64,000 nucleotides of DNA, from contig OX597827.1 in assembly GCA_951406725.2 (NCBI GenBank), forward strand, positions 41,664,001 to 41,728,000, given 5' to 3'. Under the pieces are notes generated by a model. The model was not told the origin of the DNA. It worked only from the letters and a program-made list of their open reading frames with translations, and made no database searches. Shown in pieces: positions 13,930 to 26,769 of this stretch. The stretch is from Octopus vulgaris (lineage: Eukaryota). Within the stretch, counting starts at the first letter, position 1; every line of letters starts with the position of its first letter. The position numbers and the translations under genes are program-made.

Positions 13930-14925
13930 GAGCTGATGCATGCGGGGAAAAGAGGTGTCTTTGTGGTATACCCTTAATGCAGGAAATCTTCATGGACTAC
14001 TATGTCGACAGGTTGCAGGTCGTGTTAGTGGTCACAATGAGATAAACCTAATCGTTAAACGAATCTTAGCTAGGGTAAATATCCTCTTAGCTTTAAAGCC
14101 AGTGGGATTATCCAGAGATAATGAGAAAAGGGCTAATGGACTCACTCTTTGTCCTTAAGCTACAGGTAGATACAGGTAGACATATGGGACGCCACCGTCA
14201 GCGATTCATTTGCTTCATCATAGGCGCAGGCGTGGCTGTGTGGTAAGAAGTTTGCTTACCACCACACGGTTCCGAGTTCAGTTCCACTGTGTGGCATCTA
14301 CTGTAGCTTCGGACTGACCAAAGCTTTGGGAACGGATTTGATAAACGGAAACTGAAAGAAGCCCGTCGTATATATGTATGTATAAATTTATATTTGTTGT
14401 GTGTGTCTGTCTATATGTGTGTGTTTTGTGCCTGTGTTTGTTCCCCACCACCGCTTGACGACCGGTGTTGGTGTGTTTATGTCCCCCGTAAACTAGCGAT
14501 TCGGCTAACGAGATCGATAAAGTAAGTACCAGGCTTAAAGAAAAAAACAGAAGTATTGGGGTCGATTCATTCTACTAAAAATTATTCAAGGCGGTGCCCC
14601 AGCGTGGCCGCAATCAAATAATTAAAACAAGTAAAAAATTAAAAAAAATATAAAATAAGTCCTTAATAATTGTTGTGGAAGTAGGTGTTACTGCAACGGT
14701 AACTGAAGGAAATAAAACGCTAAAAAATTGTAATCTGTCGGTAAATCACATTTTTCAGCTTGTGCTTTCTGAAGCCATTGGCCGAGGGCCAAACGCCTTT
14801 TAAGGTAGGTTTTTCTACTTCGTTTGTACAGCTGACATCCCTCACTGAAGGAAAAGATGATGCATAAAGGCTTCCAACATCGCAATCATACACGGTAATG
14901 TTGTAGGTATTTTGGGGTACCTCTC
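13930..14925 (+). pseudogene. Degenerate C-terminal part of a CRE-type non-LTR retrotransposon (zinc knuckle + restriction-like endonuclease), interrupted by SINE A
   Basis: Conceptual translation across frameshifts gives CLCG...HGLLC...GR..GHNEIN.IVKR..., KRANGLTLCP*...WDATVSDSFA; after the SINE it gives EGNKTLKNCNL...HIFQLVLSEAIG and IAIIHGNVVGIL. These resemble the CRE motifs KRPDG, WD.T..D and QRGNA. Confidence 0.6.
14222..14640 (+). mobile_element. SINE family A copy (near full length)
   Basis: aggcgcaggcgtggctgtgtggtaagaag head, internal (TG)n, tail ggcggtgccccagcgtggccgc. Confidence 0.85.
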
Positions 14926-15064
14926 AAAATTATTTTCAGAGTAACAGACTTTTCCCTTGGCGTGATGTAGTACTAAGGGAGTGTCCAAGCGTCTATTTTG
15001 ATTACTTGTATATTAATTTGTATTGTTCCTCCCCTCTTTCTTTCTCCGTATTATTCTTTGATTC

Positions 15065-15440
15065 TTTTAATCTTTCAATTGTTTCAGTCATCTGACTGTG
15101 GCCATGCTGGACCACCCCCTCTGAGGGGTTTTTAGTCGAACAAATCGACCCCAGGACTTTTTTAAAGCCTAGTACTTATCCTATCATTCTGTTTTGCCGA
15201 ACCGCTAGGCTACGAGGACGTAAACAAGCCAACATCGGTTGTCAAGATGTGATGGAGGACAGATAGAGACACAAAGACACACACATAGATATATGCATAT
15301 ATACATATACGGTGGTCTTCTTTCAGTTTCCGTCTACCAAATTTACTCACAAAGCTTTGGTCGATCCGAGGTTATAGTAGAAGACACTTGCCCAAGGTGT
15401 CCCGCAGTGGGAGTGAACCCGGCACCATGTGGTTGGGAAC
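15065..15440 (-). mobile_element. SINE family A copy
   Basis: Family blocks in reverse orientation. Confidence 0.8.
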
Positions 15441-16383
15441 ACAACCATTACAATGTGAGCCACGATGTCAATCAAAACAAGTAACAGTATACGTATGTAT
15501 GTATAGTTAAATATAATCTTGTTATCAGTTCAAATATGCTTGAATTGTATTCGAACAAGTAATAAAGCCATTCGCTGTATTCTGTCACGGAAAAAAAAAA
15601 TATTTCTCGTTGTAACAAATAGGTGTAAACATACCAAATAAGATCGAAACACCTTCTACCCAGAGAGATGGATGCATGCATTTCGGAGTATTATCTCCTC
15701 TTAGCAACAGATACTGGAAAGTGGGGCGCAACGAACTGACTAGAGACATGTCCCTCTTGTTACATTCCAGTCAACATACTGTGAGTGTTTTCATTAATTC
15801 GTTGTCCGGCCGTAATAAAATACAGCTTAGAAGCGCTGATCAGTATAGATATAAACTTGTTACCAGTTCAAATATGCTTGAGGCGTATTCGAACCCGTAA
15901 CCTGTCCATTTACTGTATTTTGTCGCGGAGAAAATTTCGCGTTGTTCACAAAGAGCTGTATACACACCAGATCAGTTCGAAGCGACTCCTAACCATTCTG
16001 ACGAATAGATGCAGTTTCGAGTAGTTATCTCCTCTTGAGCCTCAGATACTGGAAAGGGAGATCCATGCATGCATGCATGTATGTATGTATGTATGTATGT
16101 ATGTATGTATGTATGTATGTATGTATGTATGTATGTATGTGTGTATGTATGTATGTATGTGTGTATGTATGTGTGCGTGCGTATGTAGGTATGTATGTTT
16201 GTATGTATGTGTGTGTGTATGTACGTATCTATGTGTGCATGCATGCGCACGCGTGTGTGTAGGTGTGTATGTGTGTCTATGTACGTATGTATGTATGCAT
16301 GAATGTACAGATATATGTATGTATGCATGTGCGTATATTTGTATATGTGCGTGTGTGTGTATACATATGTGTGTATATATATG

Positions 16384-16436
<53 letters not shown>

Positions 16437-16466
16437 ATATCTATGTATATCTATCTATCTATCTAT

Positions 16467-16519
<53 letters not shown>

Positions 16520-16548
16520 CATGCAAAAATATAAATACAGTATATTAA

Positions 16549-17095
16549 TTAGATTCATACAAAAGTAATGGCGTTTTTTTCCTGTTATTTGAAACTTTGG
16601 TGCTTATTATGGAAGAAACCGTTCAATTAATATAGAATTTTGATGCGCAGATGTCTGGGCATTCATTTATGCTAATAGTTTGATTTCGCTTTTTATTCTT
16701 GTTTAGTTTAGACATGTCAAATTAAAGCTGGAATAATAGAAAGCAAATTCGAGCGAATTTCTTTTGTGAGTTCAAAATGGAATGCAAAGCAGCAGAAACT
16801 GCTGGCGGTATCAATCAAGCATTTGAGTAGGGGAGCGTTAACAACGAAACGAACGTACAATTTAACATAAATTTATAAAAAACAAACAAAAATAAAGTAA
16901 AAAAATATCTGTGCGGAGTCAGACGATAAACGTTGAAAACAACTGAATGTCGCAGACGACATTCCACGGTAGGTAATAATCAATTGAGTAGCATTATTAA
17001 ATAGTTTTTATGTATCTTTTATTTTTAGAATGGACCCGTGCAATGAAATTTGCAAGAGGTTTCAGCAGAATTAAACATCAACCATTCAACAGTTT
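16549..17095 (+). mobile_element. 5' remnant of a mariner transposon (Hsmar1/cecropia-like)
   Basis: TIR-like ttagattcatacaaaagtaatggcgtttt; translation KQIRANFFCEFKMECKAAETAGGINQAF and EVSAELNINHSTV resembles the mariner N-terminal HTH domains. Confidence 0.75.
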
Positions 17096-17107
17096 TTTCG
17101 ATTTTTT

Positions 17108-17329
17108 TTTTACTTATTTGTTCTTGTCATTAGATTGCGGCCATGCTGGGGCACCGCTTAAAAAAAAATTAGTCGAATGAATCGAATCCATTATTAATTT
17201 TTGTTTTATACGCATCGTACTTATTCTATTGGTTCTTTTTGTCGAACCGCTATGTTGTGGTGATGTTAACACACCAACGCCGGTTGTCAAGCGGTGGTGG
17301 TGACAAGCACAGACACAAAGTCGCACATG

Positions 17330-17361
<32 letters not shown>

Positions 17362-17476
17362 CTCTTTACTCTTTTACTCTCTTTTATTTGTGTCAGTCAT
17401 TTGACTGTGGCCATGCTGGAGCACCGCCTTTAGTCGGGCAAATCGGCCCTAGGACTTATTCTTTGTAAGCTTAGTA
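17108..17476 (-). mobile_element. Two SINE family A 3' fragments
   Basis: gcggccatgctggggcaccgc at ~17137 and gactgtggccatgctggagcaccgcc at ~17403. Confidence 0.7.
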
Positions 17477-18137
17477 CAGGGTACGTAAGATATTTGAGGA
17501 CAGATTTATGTTTATAGAAAAAAACAAATATATAACAGATAATAATTTTATTAATCAAAAATGCTATGAGGATAAAAATAAACCTTCTTTTCTATAATGT
17601 TATTCAATAAAGCCACCTTCAGCTTCAACAACTGCTTCTGTATGAGATCTGAATCATCTACATGCTCAAATCAAGTGGTCCTGGTTCATTTTGGACATTA
17701 CTCTGACTATGGCAGCTTTCATGGAATCTTTGGTGTTATGGGCGTGGTCATTGACCTCTCTCTCTCTCTCTCAAAATAGTCCGATGGATGAGATCTGGGG
17801 AGTTAGGAGGCCAAATGTTAGGGGTTATGTGATCATGAAAAATTTCTGTCATCCATTCCTGTGTTACTAGAGCCATGTGTGATAGTGGAGAATCTTACTG
17901 ATACACATATGGCCTTCCATTGCATACACTGTCTATCCAGGGCTTAACAATTATTTCCAGGACCTCAATAAAGGCGGCAGAGTTAACTCTAAGGCCTTGT
18001 GGAAAGAAGTAAGGAGTCAGCACATGTCCTTCATTGCTGACAACCCCTAAAACCATGACAGTTGCAGGAAATTTTGTATGCATAAAACTTAGAATTTCAG
18101 AAGGGTTTGTATGTACTCAAATACGTTACGCACCCTG
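17477..18137 (-). mobile_element. Internally deleted DD37D (maT-type) Tc1/mariner transposon with both TIRs
   Basis: TA|cagggtacgtaagatatttgag ... ctcaaatacgttacgcaccctg|TA; minus strand encodes KFPATVMVLGVVSNEG...VKPWIDSV...YVYQ*DS...HDHITPNIWPPNSPDL. Confidence 0.85.
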
Positions 18138-18149
18138 TATATATCTGTG

Positions 18150-18292
18150 TTTCCTTCAGTTTCCGTCTACCAAATCCCCTCACAAGGATTTAGTCGGCCC
18201 GAGACTATAGCAGAGGACACTTGCCCAAGGTGCCACGCAGTGGGACTGAACCCGGAATCATGTGGTTGATAAGCAAGCTTCTCACCACACAG
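18150..18292 (-). mobile_element. SINE family A head fragment
   Basis: cagtttccgtctaccaaatcc...gacacttgcccaaggtgccacgcagtgggactgaacccgg. Confidence 0.8.
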
Positions 18293-18685
18293 CAACGTAC
18301 CACATTGGAAAAAAAGTGGGTGGGAACTATATAAGAGCAACGAACGAACTGATTGCACCCCCCCAAAAAAAGATCGACAACAACAACAAAAAAAACATAA
18401 TTTCTCGGAGTTCCTTTTACGTCACATAATTTTTGATTGCTTTTGTGACATGTGAGCTAAACTAGTTTCTATTGGGTAAAAATTTGTAGATTTATTTTGT
18501 TTATTATTTTGATTAAGCAGCTTATTGTGGACTGAGATCTGAGATTCACTGCTTTAAACTAATAGTTAAAAGCCACATAATATCACACACACACACACAC
18601 ACACTCACACATATACACACACAAATAAATACTTACATATATACATATATATGTATATATGTGAGTATATGCATACATATATATA

Positions 18686-18722
<37 letters not shown>

Positions 18723-19030
18723 TCACACATTCACATATGTTTGTATGTACCTTTGTTAGTTGGTTAAGTTATGGAGCTGGGATCATGCTGGTAGATGGCC
18801 TTATATATATTCTTTTATTATATATATATACGTTATATATTTTGTATATTGCTATTTGTAAATAACAGCGTCGTACGCTATCGGTTTCCAATGGATGAAC
18901 CAATCACTTGTACAGTGCATTTACAATGGCTGCAGTAACGCATACGTACAGATATGCACGTGCGCGCGCACACACACACAGAGACACGCACACGTGCATA
19001 CATACAAACATACAAACTAACTTAACTCCC

Positions 19031-19070
<40 letters not shown>

Positions 19071-20187
19071 TTATAACACACGCGCATATAACCATATGAC
19101 ATATAAGGCAAATACACACGCACACACATATATGTATATATATGTAAATGCATACATATTGTTACACCCATATAAACATACATATGCACATTGTACGCAC
19201 CAGTCCAAATACATAGGGTTCATACATGCTATGTCAAATGTGAATACAAAGTTAATGTTAGCGATGCCGTATAAATTCCATTAAAAGAGCCTTGTTTCTT
19301 AGCGGAGGCTAGCACTGATTCTATTGGTGGGAAATTTCAAGAAGAAAACCAGCCGAACAAACATACGAACATGCATAAATTCTCGTATATGTAAATATAT
19401 ACACATATATGTGTATGTATGTAGACAGACGCATGAGTACACATGTGCATTAAGAGTGATCAGATACACACTCTTGTGTACCACAAAGCCATGAAAATCC
19501 ATTGCATGACTGCACAGTCACACACCTGTATCTACATATATGCACATGTATGCATACATTAACTCAGATATTTACAATCCAATGGAACTGTCTTGACTAC
19601 GCCCCCACCCCTTAAATAAACACAAAACAAAACATTAAAAAACTAAAGCAAAAAGAAAAGAAAACAAAATGAAATCGTCTTGTCATGGTTTTAGCGACCA
19701 TTTTGAAATCTGCAATGAGCCTAAATATATTGCTTTGAAAAACGCACAAATATAATTGTATGCATAATACAAATATAAATCGCATAGAGAAACATATATG
19801 ACTACATGTATAATGCAAATATGAATAAATATATCAATACACATTCAAACAGACAGGGAGACAGACAGACACACACTCATGTATATCAATATGTATAGAG
19901 ACACAGTCACGCACGCTTTCACACGCACGCATAGGCACACACCTTCAAATTTTTAAAGGATGAATGGCTGCACAAAGGATCGTGAAAAGAACAGGTGGCC
20001 ACATACACTATAAGCTCTAAAACTGCAGTCTAGTAAAGAAAATACATACACACATTCACACACGCGCACGTACACATACACACGCCCACCCACGCGCACG
20101 AACATGTATGTGTACATGTGTATATATATGTGCGTGTGTGTGTGTGTGTGTATGTGCGTGTGTGCGTATGTGTGTGTGCGTGTGTAC

Positions 20188-20780
20188 AGGCGCAGGCGTG
20201 GCTATGTGGTAAGAAGTTTGCTTCTTACAAGGCGGCGAGCTGGCAGAAACGTTAGCACACCGGGCGAAATGCTTAGCGGTATTTCGTCTGCCGTTACGTT
20301 CTGAGTTCAAATTCCGCCGAGGTCGACTTTGCCTTTCATCCTTTCGGGGTTGATAAATTAAGTACCAGTTACGCACTGGGGTTGATGTAACCGACTTAAT
20401 CCGTTTGTCTGTCCTTGTTTGTTCCCTCTGTGTTTAGCCCCTTGTCGGTAGTAAAGAAATAGGTATTTCGTCTGCCGTTACGTTCTGAGTTCAAATTCCG
20501 CCGAGGTCGACTTTGCCTTTCATCCTTTCGGGGTCGATAAATTAAGTACCAGTTACGCACTGGGGTTGATGTAAGCGACTTAATCCGTTTGTCTGTCCTT
20601 GTTTGTCCCCTCTATGTTTAGCCCCCTGTGGGCAATAAAGAAATAAGAAGTTTGTTTCCCAACCGCATGGTTCCTGGTTCAGTCCTACTGCGTGGCACCT
20701 TGGGAAAGTGTTTTCTACGATAGCCTCGGGTCAACCAAAGCCTTGTGAGTAGATTTGTTAGGTGGAAACCGAAAGACATG
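20188..20780 (+). mobile_element. SINE A head interrupted by a SINE family B insertion (20229-20645, internally duplicated)
   Basis: SINE B (ggcggcgagctggcagaaacgttag...gagttcaaattcc...gcctttcatcctttcgggg) flanked by the duplication taagaagtttg(c/t)ttc. Confidence 0.85.
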
Positions 20781-20936
20781 TGTATATGCGAGTGTGTGTG
20801 CGTGTGTGTGTTAATATTTCGGACTAATGGGTATATGCTTATTCGTGTGGCACAGTTTGGGTTTCCTGATGTCATCCGCAGTCGGGGTGTATTACCGTTG
20901 GATCAACTTCAGAAACTTCGCAGTGGTAGATGAGAT

Positions 20937-20972
<36 letters not shown>

Positions 20973-21749
20973 AATAATAATTTCGTTCAACATCCTTAAA
21001 CAGATCTTATTCAGGGACCTTTTGAGCGGGATGGGTTACTCGACCAGAAGAAAATTCTAACTGGGCCCCACTTGCAAGGTTATGCGCTGTTTATCTTGAT
21101 ATGAGATCACCATGTCGCACATATATGGTTGTGATGCATGTGCCTAGTGTACCCTTATCAGACGGGTAGTCATGATGGGTATACTGGGCTTCGTATATTT
21201 TACCCCAGTGTCACTTTGATGGCATGAACTGCTCTTTCACTCAATAATAATAATAATAGTTTCTTAAGTGACCAGATGATGGATTTGGTATTAATCTTTA
21301 TTTTATACAATGGTCTTTTCGATCCACCCTGCTACCGTTCCTTGTGGGTGGGACTCCGTTAAACATGTATTGTATCCATTTTGCAGTCTGGGTCTCATTA
21401 GGTACATCTATACATAAAGATGTGCTTCGCTAAAGATCCTGAGTTTTGGTTGTCATGTTGTTATATGCCCGTCTGGTTAGGGAATGAAACGTCGCTACAG
21501 TTTTCATATAGGAACATACAAATGCTTCCGATTCTTATAGAAAGATAACCGCAAAAGATTAAAGTTATAGACACATTCATATACATTGATATCAAGATAC
21601 CTACGTATGTACATGCATACGTACGCACTGAAGAAAAACATGCGCATACACATACATATAGACATATACGCATACATAGATACGTACATCCATCCATTCA
21701 TCTATTGATCCTTTATTCTGTAAATACATAAATTCATACTTAAATCCAT

Positions 21750-22280
21750 TCATTCATCCGTCCATCCATCCATCCATCCATCCGTCTGTTCGTCCATCCA
21801 TCCGTCTGTTCGTCCATCCGTCTGTCCGTCCATCCATCCGTCCTCCCATCCACCCTTCCATCCATTTATCCATCTATCCACCCGTCCATCCATCCATCCA
21901 TCCGTCCATCCATCCATCCATCCATCCATCCATCCATCCATCCATCCATCCATCCATCCATCCATCCATCCATCCATCCGTCCGTCCGTCTGTCCCTCCT
22001 TCCCTCCCTCCCTCCATCCATCCCTCAGTCCATTCATCCATTCATCCACCCATCTATCCATCCATCCAGCCATCGATCCGTCCATCCCTCCCTCCCTCCC
22101 GCCCTCCATCCATCCGTCCGTTCATTCGTCTGTCCATCCTTCCATCCATCCATCCATCCACCCATCCATCCATTCATCCATCCATCCGTTCATTCGTCCG
22201 TCCATCCATCCATCCATTCATCCATCCATCCATCCATCCATCCCTCAGTCCATCCATTCATCCATTCATCCAGCCATCCA
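21750..22280. repeat. Degenerate (CCAT)n/(CCGT)n tetranucleotide array
   Basis: Directly visible. Confidence 0.9.
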
Positions 22281-22338
22281 GCAACGCACACACAGACACA
22301 CACACACAGACACAGACACATACACACACACACACACA

Positions 22339-22429
<91 letters not shown>

Positions 22430-23384
22430 AAAAACAAAGATCTTCCTGGTCGAAAGACTTCTTTTTGAATAATGTAGTAAACGGAAGAGACCAGACACAA
22501 GGTTCTGGGACAGAATATAAAAGAATGCAAAGAATAACAGAAATCAGTTGCCTAGCAGACGTTAATAGAATGGTTAAGATAAAAGGTAGCCGAAACTATT
22601 TTTGGCAAGCTGATGAGAAAGCAGCAGACTTATAGCCCTGATTACAGAGGCTCTTGGTTACGTAACTAACTGCCTCGGGAACTATTTTGTGATGTCAGGC
22701 TTCGCAAAATCCAGATAAGAGACGACTAATTAGAAAATTCCAATTATAAGCCTTTAATGGAATTGTGAAATTGTGTAAAAGTTTCCTGAATTTTTATCCT
22801 GTAATATCTGTACGTCTGCATTTACAGACGATACGTAGACATACATACATACATACATACATACATACATACATACATACATACATACATACACATATAT
22901 ATGTATATATATATATATATATGTATATATTTATATATATATATAAATGCATACATACACATGTACATACATACATATATATATATATACATACACATGC
23001 CTGTAGGCACACACGTACACATACCCACATACAGATGCATATACACACAAACACTCATACACACACATATACACAGACACACGTACGGTTATGCCCACAC
23101 GTGTACATATGCACGCATATATATATATGCATATAGACACAGACAGGCAGGCACACACACACGCATACACATGCATGCACGCTTGCACACACACACACTC
23201 ACACTCATATATATGCATAAAGATAAATCGCAGTATAAATGCATGCTTTGACATACAGACATGCAACCATACACGTGCACTCATGAATATTCATAAGAAA
23301 CACACTTCATACGCATATATAGACATACATCCATATTTCTACACACACACACGCATGCGCATATGTGTGTAAGCGCTTGAACTC

Positions 23385-23574
23385 TTTCACTATTTTACTT
23401 GTTTCAGTCATTTGACTGTGACCATGCTGGAGCACCGCCTTTAGCCGAACAAATCGACCTTTGTAAACCTAGTACTTATTCTATCGGTCTCTTTTGCGGA
23501 ACCGCTAAGTTACGGGGACGTAAACACACCAGCATCGGTTTTCAAACGATGTTGGTGGGACAAACACAGACACA

Positions 23575-23580
<6 letters not shown>
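23385..23580 (-). mobile_element. SINE family A 3' half
   Basis: Family tail blocks. Confidence 0.8.
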
Positions 23581-23648
<68 letters not shown>

Positions 23649-23819
23649 CTATACATATATGTCCACATACATTCACATAGACGCCCACACGTGTATATAT
23701 GTACACATGCACGCAGACATACATTTAAACATACACACATCCATGGTAAGTTCCGTAATTAAAACACACATTGGCCCTTTTCTCTTACCCACACAATTTT
23801 ACACATTTTTAATCACGTA

Positions 23820-24554
23820 CAGGGTGCTATCAAAAAGTTCCCGGACTAATTATGTTTCATAAATACACCGGTTCCAGTGTTCCTGCCACTTTTGTAATCC
23901 AGCATTGATGTCGTTTTCCGTAAGCGAATCGGATCTCGACAACGGGGTTGAAATGGCGACCTTGAGCTGCTTTTTATTTATGGGGAATAGGGTGGGTGCG
24001 GAAGCGATACCATGTTGTTTTTGGCGAGAAATTTATGAGTGAGGAGAGGTCGGTGGTGAATCCATCTCTTTGCGTTTCACACATCCTGTCGCTTTCGCCG
24101 AATATCTTCCCTCGATCGTTTCAAAACGATGGAAGGTCTGGCCCTGGGGGATGAATTCTCAATGCACAGTACCACATTTCCGCAGGTGACACTCGTGGTA
24201 GGTTTTTCCAGAACGCTCATCGTTCTTCCGCCTTGGAAGCACCATACCACTCAATACATATGACTCATTGCCTCGTCGTCGTAAACTTGGCGAAGCATGC
24301 TCAATGTCTTTGTAGCAGACTTCAAAAATTTAACGCAAAATTTCACGTTGGCACTTTCTTCCAACTACCCGTCATGACAAAATTGCTGACTGCAGCATAG
24401 ACGTGATCACAAAAAACACAGATTTCACACAAGAACGTCACTCGGCACACTGCTTCATGAAGGTCACTGCTAGCTCACACTACGTACGCAGCCGTGTGCT
24501 ACCATCTGTTGGCGCGCCACAGAACTAGTCCGGTAAACTTTTGATACCACCTCT
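23820..24554 (-). mobile_element. Internally deleted mariner transposon with TIRs
   Basis: TA|cagggtgctatcaaaaagttcccggact and agtccggtaaactttttgataccacctc; minus strand encodes KSATKTLSMLRQVYDDEAMS, KNDERSG and HKFLAKNNMVSLPHPPYSP. Confidence 0.8.
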
Positions 24555-24804
24555 TATAACTTCTGCTTCAATTTTTAACCGCAAACACAGTCATACTTAA
24601 GCCCCTATGCACTTAGATTATACACTTAAATATATTCATTAACGCAGACATTCTCTCTATGCTTGCATATACGCAGATGAAACGTCATACATACGCTTCA
24701 TAATGCTTATTCTCACGTGCATATAAACATACATAACAGTTTCATTAGTATACGTACATTATATACAGAAATTTAGAAAGGTTTATCAAATACGCGTAAA
24801 GGTG

Positions 24805-24837
<33 letters not shown>

Positions 24838-24838
24838 C

Positions 24839-24892
<54 letters not shown>

Positions 24893-25574
24893 TAATCTAT
24901 CTATCTCTATCTTAATTATCTAACTAGCTAGCTCTCTCCCTCTCTCTCTCTATTTCACACAGTCCCTATTGTTTTCACTTTCATTTTTCAGATGCTGTTT
25001 TTACTTTAAGTTCAATCGCCATGTTTTCACTGTAAGTTTTCAATCGCTATCTACAAACAACAACGACAAATTACAGGCAAAGAAGTTCACAATTACTGAT
25101 GAAAGTAAGTTCATACATAATTTATCGACAGAAGTAACTTCACACATTTCATTTCAATCCGTACACTTCGTTAAATTTGCCTACAAATTTCTTATTTAAT
25201 TTTGCAACACTTTGTGTTTTTTGTTGTGGACGGAATTACTGATAAAAGTAAATTCATAATTTACTGACAGAAGTAACTTCAAAAATTTTAATTAAATCCG
25301 TACACTTAGTTAATTACCCTAATAATTTCTTATTTACTTTTGCAACGATTTTGTGTTTTTCTGTTGTCAACGGTTTCTTTCTGGTTCCTTCGATACTGGT
25401 TCTTTGCTTCAATAAGTGACAAATTTCGCTTCAGCCCGTACAATTCTTTATTTTCCGTAAAAATTTCTTATTTACTTTCAGCCCGTCGTATTAAGAAATA
25501 CAATTTCCATTAGCCAGTTATTTTCATTGCTTGCTATCTTCTGCAACTGAGTATTTCTGTATAAGTAGATAACC

Positions 25575-26160
25575 ATGCCTAGAAGGAAAGTGTCAAATTT
25601 ATCTACAATGTCAAGGTCAGCCAAAAGAATGTCTCTGTCAAGGGAAATGGAAAGAGAGACAAGTGCAGAAAGGAATGCATACCAAGAAACGAGCAGACTG
25701 TGCACTACAAAAACCAGAACATCTCAAAGTAATGAACAGAGGTATGCATGGCTGACAAAGAATAGGATCTCCATTGCAGAACGAAGAGCAGTTGCAACAG
25801 CTCAGAGAAGCAACTTCTATGAAGCAGCTTTCAATTATGATCCAGTTCATTATGCAGATGACACTAGAGTTTCCATTGGTGCAATGACAACTGAGTGCAT
25901 ACCTTGTAACGCAAAGAAGTGGCCTGGAGAGACATATGCACTGTGCTGCAGTGGTGGAAAGGTTAAACTCCCTGCAGTCCCCCAACCTCCGGAGCCATTG
26001 AAGAAACTGTTGTCATCAACTGACCAGGATTCCAAGTACTTCCAAACAAAATTAGGCACTACAGATGACATCATTTGGAGCCACAAGAGCCAGGATTCAT
26101 GTAAACTCTCAAGATCCGTGGGAAGATTTATCATCGGATTGGCTCTCTGCTACCGCTGTC
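25575..26160 (+). pseudogene. Helitron RepHel N-terminal fragment (zinc-finger region)
   Basis: AAFNYDP...IGAMTTECIPCNAKKWPGETYALCCSGGKVKLPAVPQPPEPLKKLL, then in another frame GFM*TLKIRGKIYHRIGSLLP; both are hallmark Helitron motifs. Confidence 0.85.
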
Positions 26161-26424
26161 AAATGAATCACCAAAATCAGCCTTTCATTGTTTATAATCT
26201 GTACCTATTAATGGTTATGAAATAAGCTACACAAAACGTGTTTTTGAATTACGTGTATTTACTTTATATACGTATATGAATTGAAAATTTTCTTTTAACA
26301 TTTCCCTTAACGTTTATGTTCTATTTTGGAGAGTTATTAGTGTAGAAAGTTGGTATCTCAGCTACTAGCAGTTGAGACCTGCGTGACCTAGACGGCGTTT
26401 TTAAATTCCATTATTCTCTTTAAC

Positions 26425-26451
26425 TTGGGCAACGCCGGGTATATTTGCTAG
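26425..26451 (+). mobile_element. Helitron 3' terminus
   Basis: ttgggcaacgccgggtatatttgCTAG|T; nearly identical to the terminus at 5941-5968. Confidence 0.65.
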
Positions 26452-26463
26452 TATATATGCTAG

Positions 26464-26545
<82 letters not shown>

Positions 26546-26769
26546 TGTATGTATGTATAACCTACGGGTTTCCCCACATTTCCGTCTACCAAATGCATTC
26601 ACAAGGCATTGGTCTATCTGGTGATATAATAGAAGACACTTGTCCTAGGTCCCTGTCAGGATTCTTCCCGAACTGATTATGGAACGCAACGGCTTTGAAT
26701 TTAAGAAAGCATTCAATCTTTTTCTTACTCTATTCCTAGGAAAGATAGACCTTGTGAACTGAATATTAT

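Noticed and set aside
20990-21257. Non-repetitive segment ending in (AAT)n, possibly a retroelement 3' end
   Set aside because: Single copy in this window with no diagnostic motif, so it cannot be classified
22588-22625. GAAAC followed by CTGATGAG, possible hammerhead
   Set aside because: No stems I-III can be formed
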